From Macrostomum lignano (lineage: Eukaryota): a stretch of 64,000 nt of DNA. The position numbers were made by a program, and so were the translations under genes. The notes under the pieces are model-generated. The model worked only from the letters and a program-made list of their open reading frames with translations. It was not told the DNA's origin and searched no databases. Positions 27,233-64,000 of the stretch are shown piece by piece; position 1 is the first letter of the stretch; every line of letters begins with the position of its first letter. The stretch spans positions 124,001-188,000 of the forward strand of contig NIVC01000361.1 of assembly GCA_002269645.1 (NCBI GenBank), written 5' to 3'.

Positions 27233-27992
27233 TCCGCTAACCCCTGGCGACTACGGGCAGCTGGTGCTGTGGTGTCGTGCAGGGAGATCCGGTGGTGCCG
27301 GTGTCCGCAGCGCGGTCCCCCTCCGAAGACTCCAGAAAGTGGATGGTCGCTCGCCCGGTAGCCCTCAGGTAGCGGACTACCTGAGGGCTTCACAGTGAGA
27401 GATTCACGGGCCCGAAAACGTCCGATAGGTCCTGTCCTGAGTAAAGGCGCGGCATTCACAGATGAAGTTCTCCGCATTCTCAACACCGGAGAGGCAGAAT
27501 CTCCCTGGAGGTGACGATGCCTGGCAAGCAGGGCTCTGGACAGTTCGGTTAATCAGCAAAATAATTTTGATTAAAGAATCAAGGACACAAAATCTGGAAA
27601 CATTTCACCGCATTTCCAAATTAAGAATTTGCTAGCACCTTGATTGACAGGTAAATGCTACTACCTTAGGTAGTATTTGCTGGTTGAACATTATTAAACC
27701 AAGCGAAACATTTTCTTGCAACTACAGTACACTTTTGAAATGTACGCCCCTGCCCAGTAGGAATGTACATTGTGCAGTGCAAGGCTGTGCACAGTTACCA
27801 GTTGAATCCAGATCCGACAGCGTACAGCCGTTGCTTGAAAAACGCGTGAACGGGTTGTGCAGGGAGGGCGAGAAACAGACAGCTCTGTCAGTAAAAGAGA
27901 TTTGTAAGCTAAATTGCATCAATCTATAAATATTGAAAAGTTTGAGTTTCTCCCGAAAACAAGCCAAAGCAAGCGGAAGCGACCTGATATTA

Positions 27993-31467
<3,475 letters not shown>

Positions 31468-32081
31468 TTGGCCCGTAGCTTACCAAAAACTTCAATTGGT
31501 GCGGATTCATTTCAATATTGCAACACTGTACTTTTGATTGCTCGTGTACCTGTGTAAGTCCCCAATTGTGCAACAATCAAGTTTACCTTTGATTTTCACT
31601 GTAGCTATGTAAGCAGTATTGTTCTATGCTGTTTCGAGATAATGCATTTATTTTTAATTACAATATCTGCCTTTCCTTAATTCGAAGTTGGAAGTTGTAG
31701 TAAGATCTGCTCATGTAATTGTAGTTTAGATATTTGAATATTTTTTAAACGCTATACAACACCCTGAACTCATTCTTAATTAACAACTCATGCCTTAACG
31801 ATGACTATAATGAAAGTTCAATTTCAAATCTAAATGGTCCATAGAATCCAAGTCGATATATTCGTTGCTCGAAGCCTCAAGAGTGCCAAACGCAAATCAT
31901 TAAAACGCTATAGTCTATGGCTCAACTGCAACCGCAGCTTGAACTGTCACGGCAAAGCGCAGCGGTTCGAATTGCGCGAGCAAGAGCGGCTCTGAACAAT
32001 TTGTTAAACAACTAAGCGAGCGTGGCCGTCGCGGGCGGATCATCGTCATCAACCAAGTGTTGTAGTCTCAGACAGAAAAGA

Positions 32082-32540
32082 ATGTGCAGCCTACCACAGC
32101 CGCCCTACCCGGCCATGTGTCCGGCGCCAGGCTTCTGTCCGCCCTACTCAGTCCGAGAGAACTGTTGCCCTCCTTGCGGCCCGTGCGGACCGAGCGGGCC
32201 CTGCGCCCCTTGCGGACCCTGCGCACCTTGCGGACCCTGTGCACCTTGCGCCCCGTGCTGGATACCGAAGCCGCCCTGCGATCCTAGCGTCATGCCACAG
32301 ATCCAGCTGTGCCCACCACCGCCACCCCTCTGCGTGCCTCCCTGCCCGCCGCCGCCGTGCTTCGATTTCGTTTGCACCTTCAGACGACTACCGGACCTTT
32401 GTCCGACCTCCGACTGCTGCCGCATCAGCTACTCCAGGCCTGCGGGTTGCCCGCCTAGCGGAACCAGCTGCTGCCCTCCGCCTGCCTGCGCTCCGACGTA
32501 CAGCGGATATGGCGGCTGCAGCAGCGGAACCTGCGGCTAA
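32082..32540 (+). CDS. Cys/Pro-rich protein with C-(G/A)-P repeats (152 aa from ATG 32082)
   Basis: Single ORF with GC3-rich codons; [32 protein letters not shown] and further CPPPPP blocks. Confidence 0.75.
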   Translation: MCSLPQPPYPAMCPAPGFCPPYSVRENCCPPCGPCGPSGPCAPCGPCAPCGPCAPCAPCWIPKPPCDPSVMPQIQLCPPPPPLCVPPCPPPPCFDFVCTFRRLPDLCPTSDCCRISYSRPAGCPPSGTSCCPPPACAPTYSGYGGCSSGTCG

Positions 32541-34410
32541 CTAACAGCAGCCGACTGACGGCATGCTCTGACACGTGATATTGGCACCGATGCCTGCGCT
32601 ATAATCTCTTTGTTTCGCCTCCCGATGAATTCGGCCTAGATGCAGCTACTACGAGTATAGACATAAACTGTATGCGGTTACGTATTCACCTGTACGCGTA
32701 CCCGATTGTTTAAACCCCTATATTTTAGCCGCGCTACGCTTTGCACGCACAAGAATACACTATAATTATGTTGTTTATTTAGGATGCAGTGTTGCCTCTC
32801 GGACAACCAGTTCGTACGCTCAAAGAAACTCTAATAAAAATGCGAATAACTTGCTAATCAAATTATTTGAAGCTGGGAAGTTACAATACTTCCAAAGTCG
32901 CTCGCAACCCGATAAGTTCCTTGGCGAGAAGTTCCAAAATAAGCTTCAATTTCCATGCATAGCGCTCTGTGTGCGTACCACGAGACTCTAAACCTTCTAT
33001 GCTCCACAATGAAGAACCGAAACCTATAAGGATGCAAATGCAATAGCTAGTACTAGCTTGGAACGTCTTGAACTTTAGATAGATAAAATAATTGCAGTTT
33101 CGATAGGATCATAAATTTGTCTTTATATGGGTTTTTGATGGTGCTGATTTCAAATTTGAGTTTCCTTTGTGCCAACCACCGGGGCATAGGGAATTGGGGG
33201 TTTTTGGGTGGGGGGATTCTTCATGGGAATTGATTTTACCTACCTAAACATCCATAGAGGCATGGGGAATATCAATTTTGAGACAAGGGCAGGGGGTCCA
33301 GGGGGGTCCACGGGGGCTCAATGACCAACAACTGGGGCATGGGGAATGGGCAATGGGGAATTTTTAGAAGTTTTTTTTGCTTTATCACCATTTTGGAAAC
33401 CCCCTAAGTGTTTGGCAAAAGTTTCAGAAAAATCAGCAAATCGGAAGTATTTTACGTACCTAATGTTCAAGAAGTCCTTAGCTTCTAAGGATTCTTGATT
33501 TCAACTGCATGGCCTCCAAAAAGGAGACTATACAGACATTAGATCTATCCATCTCTGCAAGTTTGATGCTGACTTAACCCACCCATTCACTGAATGACGT
33601 GTGATTACATGCTCGAAATGCTGCGTGATCATTTAAATTTCTCGGGGAAAGCCTCCTTAGAAATGTGTTAAACCCTATGGTACAAGCGGACTAAAAACAC
33701 GCTCGTATCCCGCCTTAATTCCAACTAGAAAGAAATCGACAATAACACTAGTCCATATACTAAAAATGGTCTGTCGGTAGGTATCTATCTAGGTAGGTAT
33801 GTGATCGTAAAACTTACTTGTAAGTAAACAAGTAAGTAAAACTTACTTTTGTTAGAGCGAGAAGGAAGCTTGAGTCCAATCCAATCTAAAAAGTTCAGCA
33901 AACGTATTCGAATGCACTTTCTACGAGTAATACAATGAACTCAAAGTCGACATTCTCCTCTCGAATGCACACAGCATCCCAAGTTTTCCTAGAGCACCCG
34001 TATTTGAAATGAAAAACGAGGCGAGAAAACCAACTATGGTTTGACTGATTGATATGGTATTTGAAATCAAATTTCAATCAAGCTGGATGTTTCGTTCAGT
34101 TTTAAACCGCTTTTTATGCTCGTGTGATTCAAACAACACAAAATGCATAAACTACCATAAATGAATCCAAAGTTTGCTAAACATTTTGATCGCTTCAAAT
34201 CTAAATTCGTATGCAAAAAAATTAAAAATACTTTCACTATGCATTCCTAGATATTCGGATACTTGAATCCTATTCAATCAATTATTGTGATAGAAAAAAC
34301 TCTCCAGTGTGAAGGCTGTACGCTCAATTTATATAAATAAGCACATACACTGTAGAAGCGCATTGGGAATTCACTAAAAAAGCGCCAACCAACAAAGGCC
34401 AGGCTACCGC

Positions 34411-34516
34411 GTTCTACGTCTAAACGAAAAATTAAACTAATAGCGTCCAGTTTCACCCTCGAAAAAGCGCTGGTCGACCAGTTACTTAGCAAACGTTCCC
34501 AGAAAGCAGTCCGGCA
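34411..34516 (-). repeat. Diverged tandem duplicate of the ABCC copy 1 stop-codon/3'UTR region
   Basis: 34441-34516 aligns to 34571-34646 (offset 130 bp), including CAGTTACTTAGCA-ACGTTCC...AAGCAGTCCGGC. Confidence 0.8.
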
Positions 34517-34612
34517 TTTGTAACATAACTTTTAGGGCATTCTACGCCTAAACAAAGCAAATTGCAGAAGTACCATCCAGTTTCATTCTCACAAAAGCAC
34601 TGGGTCGATCAG

Positions 34613-41047
<6,435 letters not shown>

Positions 41048-41171
41048 TGCTTTCAGCAGATTTTGCGAAGAAGAAATCTTTGTCGGTTTTACTCACTCGT
41101 CTTAGCTCATGAGGCTGTGAATAAATGAATGATTGAAAAAATCTGGGGGCTTGTGAATGGGCGAGTCTAGT

Positions 41172-41179
41172 CATTTATA
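41172..41179 (-). promoter_or_regulatory. Possible TATA box for ABCC copy 1
   Basis: Minus-strand TATAAATG about 130 bp upstream of the ATG, followed by a possible 5'UTR exon ending at a GTGAGT donor near 41097. Confidence 0.3.
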
Positions 41180-41559
41180 CACTGCTGTAGGGGAAGCCGC
41201 AACTTTTATCTCTCGAATTGCATTCGGATGGCGCAATCCGTGAAAGCGAGCCCTACAGGCTGGTGTTTATCTAATCATGACCTCAGCCAGGCGCAATGCT
41301 ACAGGTTAGACCGAGAGACTACATGTAGAGTCAAAGAAAAAGCAAGCATGCACTGAGTGCCGTAGTGAAGTGACTCTTTCTCTTCTCGGGATTCGAGTTT
41401 CCGATACGATTAGTGATTATTAAGTATGCATCAAACGCAACCTTGTTGGCTTAACTTCTCATGTCGGTATTTTTCCTGACTTGTGTATAATGCGTTGCAG
41501 TATACGAGAAAATCAGATAGAGATAGCGGACCATTGACTGCATCTACGTAGCTTCCATT

Positions 41560-41712
41560 GGGACCCTTAACACAGTTCACAGTTTCCATGGTTCATACGG
41601 TTCACAGTTTTTATAAGGTCCCTTAACACGATTCACAGTTGTTATAAGGGCCCTTAACACGGTTCACAGCTTCCATAAGGTCCGTTAACACTGTTTACAG
41701 CTTCCGTAGGGT
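41560..41712. repeat. About 30-bp degenerate tandem repeat
   Basis: CCCTTAACACGGTTCACAG...ATAAGG units, about 5 copies. Confidence 0.8.
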
Positions 41713-42518
41713 CTCTTAGTCTTGTCTTAGCACATTGCATTTAGTTACAGTAGCCAAAAGACTGAGTATTTAATAAATTTGAGGCTATTTTAATAATTTG
41801 AAAAATCAGGGGCAAACTGAAAAGCGAATAAGTCAGTTAAAATGAATACCGAGAGTTCACTTACCCAGAGTAGAATCAGTAGGCCAGCACCTAGCAGTCG
41901 AATTTCGTCAGTTAGGAGCAAAAAATTATTAAATAAATGCAGGCTTAATGACTGTCCATTTCAAAATCTTTGCATTGCAATCGCTCTTTCATTCACGCAG
42001 TAAAAGAGAAAGCAAGATCTCTATCTCCAGGGTTGATAAGGTATAAGAGCAGCGATTAAGCAAGAGAGAATTAACTTATAGCGTCTTAACCTAAAAAAAT
42101 AGACTGATGAATGGTCAATAAGTACGCGAAAAATGTTGACACAGAGACGAGACTGTAAAGGTCTTACACTCCGATAGAGGGAGGGATCACGCAAAACTAA
42201 GTGTACGCGCAATCTTGTAGAACTGAGCGAAACCCCCTCCCCCCATTTCGTCTGCCCTCCGCCCCCACCCCCCTCCCACAACCCGCCCAACGAGGGAGTG
42301 TACTCTATGTAGATTGGTCCACTGGGGTTAGAAAAACCATCGGGAGCGGCCAGGACGCAATGTACATAGATGAGCGTGCATAAAGCAAATAGGTTGGTTC
42401 ACTTGTGCGCTTAGATGCTTCCAGCGTGGCGTTTCAATGGTTCATGTAGGCTACTGATTAAAAGTAGCACACACTGATTAAAATTCAATAAGTACACTGT
42501 GCACTTTAAAATAAAGCT

Positions 42519-42895
42519 GGTCGACACCTGTACACTAGGATCGAGGAACACCGCAAGAAGGCTAGCGCGATTCATGACCATCTGCTAATGTGCAACGCGT
42601 GTGCCGACATCAAACATGATCAAAAGTTTAAAATTATTGATCGCGGATTCAGCACCAACACAAACTAAATGTGTGGGAAGCCCTGTACATCAAACAGTTA
42701 AAGCCTACCCTGAATGTACAACTGACAGGAAGGGGGGCTAGTACTATTCTTAGATACTATTCTACGGCTACTTAAAGGTTCAAGCCTACTTTCTTTTAAT
42801 TCGTAAAGGTAATTTCTTGCATTTCTAACAAAATATTGTCACCTGACGATGCTGAAAGGGTGCGTCATAATATTCGTCACAATATCAATTGAATG
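42519..42895 (+). mobile_element. 5'-truncated Penelope-like retroelement fragment (GIY-YIG C-terminus plus 3' end)
   Basis: RHLYTRIEEHRKKASAIHDH...FKIIDRG, then a frameshift to WEALYIKQLKPTLNVQ, typical of the end of a PLE GIY-YIG endonuclease. A CTGACGA...GAAA motif follows at 42843. Confidence 0.8.
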
Positions 42896-44259
42896 CAAAT
42901 GTTTTATATTCTATTCTACAAAGGCATACTTGAACAGAAGTAGTATATACGAAAAACCAGACGAAATATCGATCTGATCCTAGACTGGATTTCGCACGTC
43001 TTGCGTTCACTTGCGTTCACTTGCGTGACATCGAGTTAATGTTTACTTTTCATTTTTAACCCCATATGCTCCTGAGGCTGCAAACCGTGAGGAAAGAAAT
43101 GAAATTTAATTAAATTTAAGCGACACTGCCCGGACAAACTACTGAAAAAGAGTCTACGCTCTGCATTTTTCACAACTTTAATGCAAGTTGACGTGACACA
43201 TCCATCGTGCAGTTATTCTAGTATCCGTGGCACCAGCTGAAGGGGTTGGGCAATGGCCCCCTGGCCAACCCCCTGGATCCACCAGTTGTTTTGACTCAAA
43301 ATGACTCTTAACTTCTTTAGTTTATGCTGAAAATGATAAATATCAACAAAATTGGCTACCCAGCGGGCCATCCATAAAGTCTTGGATAAATAGCTGATGC
43401 GCATTTTGTAGATAAAAATTACGAACGCAACGTGATTTTTTGATGCACACTACATGCATAGCATAAAAAATGAACAATAGCGAAACCTTAACTAGCTAAT
43501 GCACTGTTAGAGGGTTACACATCTTATATATTTATTTCATACGATTATGCAGACAGTACCTGATTCACAAAATCTCAGCTAGAACAATCGTTGCAAAGAA
43601 CCATCCATACGAGCTCGTAGCTGCCATCGTGAACAGTCGAGTTCTTTGCCGTTTCTTCAACCGAAAACGCGGTTTTTGTCCACGCCACAGAAACATAGCA
43701 ATAAAAATATTAAATATTGAGCGGTAAAAATGATTAAGCATTAAGCAATTTGGCTGCTAGCACAAGCACCTTCAACACGTAAGAAGTGCCACAGATGTAC
43801 TCATGTCCTTTTACTTATTCAATACTAACTGGAACATCTCGATATTTACGAGACACCGTATATACCTTTGTTTTATACCTTGAATTATCGAAACAAAGTT
43901 ACAGAGTTAGGTGAAAAAGCATTGTTGTACTCTTAGCTATTTTATATACAGTTAAACAATTGTCCAGAAGCTAAATCGGGAGGCCATTAGATTTCTCACT
44001 TCGTTATCTCATTTCCTTTGTCAATTTAACTCTAGTCTACATAAATTTCCGTGGTTCACATTAATCACAAGTGTATTATGAAAAACGACTCGCAAAGGAA
44101 GCTGTGTGCCCATGATATTTGATCAAGGATTGCTGCCTGTAAATCCCAAAATCAGATACGGATCAGACACCGTAAAAGCTAAAACTATTTCAGTTAAAAT
44201 AAGCGCTCAAAAAGGTATTCCAATTCTTTAGGACAACTGGAAAGGTTAAAAATCCTGAA

Positions 44260-53925
<9,666 letters not shown>

Positions 53926-55508
53926 TTTCTATTGAAAGAAAAACTCAGTGGCTAGTTTTTTGGTATCAATATAATGACATATTTTCTAGAGCTACAATGG
54001 ACAGCATAGGAAATTTTTGGTACGTTCGTAGCAATTATACACATTTACTCGTATTTTTATATTTACATTACTACATTTACATTACTTAATTTATATTTAC
54101 TCGTATAAGCTTTTTTATATGCGGATAGCCGTTCTTCCTAAAGCTTCTGATATAGATTTTTGCGAAAGCACAACTTGTAGCCGCTTCACAAGTTGACCAT
54201 TTTGCATGCGCACACGTCGTCTAAACGTTGAGTTTCTGGGTATAAAAAAGAGAGAGAGAGAGAGGGGGAGAGAGAAAGAGGGGGAAACCTGAAAACCCTG
54301 TTGTACTGAAAAATCAGCAACTGTACACTTGTACACTGCCATTTTCCTTAGCTCTATGCATATTCTTACCTCTCCCCCCTTATTCTTTTCTGAGCTATTT
54401 TCGTTCATGTACCCTAATTGTATATTAGCTTGATATATAATATGCCTATAGAGCAATGTAATAAGAATTTTAAAAGAATTTTATTCTATGTAAAAAGGGA
54501 GAAAGTTTTAAAGTATAGAGTTTGAAAAAATCGAAAGATCAAAGAAGTAGGTAAGACAACTGTATAGTTTGTTTTAAGACTCAACACTGTGGGTCTTGAA
54601 ACAACGTAAATAAGGCCCCAAACATTTAACGCTTGATTGTTTAAGATAACACACGTAGTATGCAAAGGAGGAAGGGTCACAAGTGACAACGCTCAAATAA
54701 AAAAATGGTCAGTAAAGTCAATAGGCAATAAGACTCAGTGTACACTCGCTGAGTCATACACTATGCGACAGAAAAGCGATTTTTAAGCAGTAGGCGTAAG
54801 GATAAGGATAATCATTGCATGCGAATCAGCCCTTTGCTGCGAAAATTTCGGTTTTATATTCGGCAACAGCTAAAATGCCAAGTGCAGTACCGTGCGTAGG
54901 AACCGCGAGCACGCAAAAGTGCCATTACTCGTCGTGGCATTCTGATCAACATTATATTTGCTGATGAACACTTAGGGCAGCTGCTGCCAGACATTTAGGA
55001 CCGCCAGTTGCAACAGTTCAGCATTCGGCGGGTCAACCCTGTTGAACGCTTAGCCTTACGAAGTCCCAAACATGCTCGACATGTGTGGACGTGTCTGGAG
55101 ACTTTGAACTGTGGGTTTCGCTGCGGCAACCCCCAAGTTCCCCCATGCCGCATGCCGCACTTTGCGCTGGCGTCCGGCGGCGGCAGCCTTCGCTCATTTC
55201 TGAAAAAATAACAAAACCTCTTCATTTACCGATAGCCTGCAAAACTTTTCGGCCGTTTAGCAGCTTGAGTGAGGGGGGAGGGGGTTAGCTGTGCCGAGTA
55301 TAGATAAGAAATTGCTAAAAATGAAAAAAGTGAATCGTAAGACAGGAGATTGACTACAAACAGCTCACCTAGAAAGAATGAACTAAATGCCTTAACCAAA
55401 AGGAAAGATTAATTAAAGGTGACGACGAAAATAAAGAACGTTTGGAACTGCTTAAACTGCAAGCTAAAAATTCTCAGATCTGAAAAATTGCAACAGCACC
55501 GAAAGAAA

Positions 55509-61720
<6,212 letters not shown>

Positions 61721-62465
61721 CTGATCGACCCAGTGCTTTTGTGAGAATGAAACTGGATGGTATTTCTGCAATGTGCTATGTTTAGACGTACAACGACTTA
61801 CAAAGTTATGTAGAGTTTTTGAGTTATACGCTCGTATATTGTAGAAAGTGTCTGATTTTTCAAAATTAGCGTAGAACTTCTAAAGTTGACAAATATTTGC
61901 TTTGAACTGGATAGAACTGAAGTATGGTATTTAAAATATAAGCAGTCCGCACAGCAATGCCAATAATCTTTGGAAGCCAAGTTACGAGCTAACCTATTAA
62001 TATATAGCCTGAAAATCTTCCTAACAAAGCCTTAAAGTCGTCTGTATCGTTTCAAAATGTTGTTAAAATCGCTAAAACTCGTGCTTTGGTGCTTATTTTG
62101 GTTGATAACTTTCAAATTCCATTTACGATTTGACTGATCGTCTCTTCAGTTGCTATTCGTTTTGGCTGTCATTCTTTGCAGCGCATTGAAAGTGCCTCCT
62201 GTAATTTTTTATACTGTCATGATGGCTACTTATATGGAGCACAAGGCTATTTAGTTGTCAGTCAATGGGAGTTTAGGGGCATGGTCTTGCTTGCGGCCAA
62301 GCCAAATCGAGCGCTTGTATTTCGGAACTGAAAGAAGGCATACACACTGAAAGATGGTATTGATATACTAGCTTACAACTCGAAGGATTAACAAAGTTTG
62401 GACATAGACACAGTTTAAGCACATACGTATTGGCTGCATCAACGGATCATAAGGCATAACATATA

Positions 62466-63689
62466 CACCATTTTACCTCCTATTTTGAACAAAGTCTTGT
62501 TCAAAAGAAACAAGCAGAACTTCAATTCAAACACTTTAAGAAATATCAGCTCTTGCGGAAATTCAAATCAAACAAAGTCCCTTTCTATTGAAACAGAAGA
62601 ACTTCAATTCAGACTGTCTGTGGCCAAAATTGTCCCCGAGTGACGCGCATGCGCAGATTTGAAATTCAAATGAAACAAAGTCACCTATTTCGACAGAGAT
62701 TTTCGCACATAGGTACAAGTACATTTTAGTACATTAATCTAACTTTTTGTTTTTCCTGTACTGCATAACTGTACAATCGTTGCGCAATAAGAAACGATAT
62801 GAATGCTGAAGATCAGATTGAAGAAGACGATGAATTGCTGGAAGAAGATGGAATCGATGAATTTGAAGCAGAATTCGATGAAGATATCATGGAACAGCAG
62901 CCTCGGCAGTGCACTATTGTTTAAGCAACAGTGACAGAGACCGTATCATCAGGGCTGCTGATTGTTGGGGATGACTTTGTGGAACTGGCGCGCCAACTTG
63001 GAGTCAAGAGGTCAACAGCGAACACGATCGTGAGGTCAGGGAGAGCAGAAAAGCAGCCTACGAGATTCCGGACACCATTCAGGTCAAGTGGCTTCCACCA
63101 TACAGTCCATTTTTTAGTCCTGTGGAGAACTCAATCTCCTGTTGGAAGGACACTCTGAAGAGAAAACTGGCAGCAGACCAGCAAAATTTCATCCCTCCGA
63201 TAGCTGAGCAGCACGGCAATCAGTCAACGGCGGCCTATCGGCGAGACATTCTGTACAACATGGTGGACAGAACCATTGGCTGCATCTCTGTGGACAAATG
63301 CATTGAGTGGTTCAACCATATGTTTACATACGTCCCTCGCTGCGTTGGTGGACAGGCAATTGATGGTTAGGTGTTTCAAGTTGGCCAACTGACACTGTCT
63401 TGTTCCTGTTTTTCATTCTACTCTTATGTTCGTCGATATGCTGTGTTTTATTCCTCTGTCGAAATAGAATGTGACTTTGTTTCTTTTGAATTTCAAATCT
63501 GCGCATGCGCGTCACTCGGGGACAATTTTGGCCACAGACAGTCTGAATTGAAGTTCTTCTGTTTCAATAGAAAGGGACTTTGTTTGAATTGAACTTCCGC
63601 AAGGGCTGATATTTCTTAAAGTGTTTGAATTGAAGTTCTGCTTGTTTCTTTTGAACAAGACTTTGTTCAAAATAGGAGGTAAAATGGTG
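62466..63689 (+). mobile_element. Internally deleted Tc1/mariner (IS630-Tc1-mariner) DNA transposon
   Basis: TA on both flanks (62464-62465, 63690-63691) and about 235-bp TIRs (62466-62698, 63454-63689). Remnant HTH ELARQLGVKRSTANTIV and catalytic-Glu motif WLPPYSPFFSPVENSISCWK are present; the two-Asp region is missing. Confidence 0.92.
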
Positions 63690-64000
63690 TACTTCAAAAG
63701 TAAGCGCCTTAGCTGTGTGCTTCGGACAGCACTGTCTTTGCGATAATTAAAAAACTTATTTTGGCAGACGCATCGTAACAATTAACACATAATTAACCAA
63801 TCAGACCCCAACAGCAAAAGAGACGGACAGCAGGCAGCCAAAAGTCTATGGCACGAAGCAGCGCTAGAGGTGGGGAAAGCGACGCCTTGGAAACGACAGT
63901 TTTATGTGGCTAATTTCACGCAAGGTAATTGGCAAAGAACATAAGAAATAAACAGGCAAACAAACGAGAATAAAATAGGAGTTAAGAAAAATTTTAGCTG

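Noticed and set aside
33130-33430. G-run-rich stretch resembling a non-autonomous DNA element or G-quadruplex cluster
   Set aside because: No termini or second copy in the window to support a call.

Overview
Eukaryotic (metazoan, invertebrate-type) genomic DNA with GT-AG introns and the standard code. Short introns, GC3-rich exons, very abundant micro/minisatellites and a CsRn1-clade retroelement would fit a free-living flatworm such as Macrostomum, but that is inference only. Contents from left to right: (1) a full-length Ty3/Gypsy CsRn1/Kabuki-clade LTR retrotransposon (1118-5448, minus) with LTRs identical by eye, a 4-bp TSD, a G GGA AAC -1 frameshift signal and one nonsense codon in the protease; (2) a satellite-rich zone (about 8.7-30.6 kb) holding an intronless DEG/ENaC channel, a four-exon type I membrane protein gene not visible as one ORF, a possible type II membrane gene, an SLC49A4/DIRC2-like MFS transporter and two CORE-type tRNA SINEs; (3) a Cys/Pro-rich CGP-repeat protein; (4) three ABCC/MRP transporter paralogues (minus, minus, plus), plus a Penelope-like fragment, an intronic 2.2-kb solo-LTR-like insertion and an internally deleted Tc1/mariner element. 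The most striking observation is that the three ABCC genes are sharply mosaic. TMD0, the distal half of NBD1 and NBD2 (introns included) are near-identical, while TMD1, proximal NBD1 and TMD2 are strongly diverged, which suggests domain-restricted gene conversion. All coordinates and alignments were read by eye; no searches were run.
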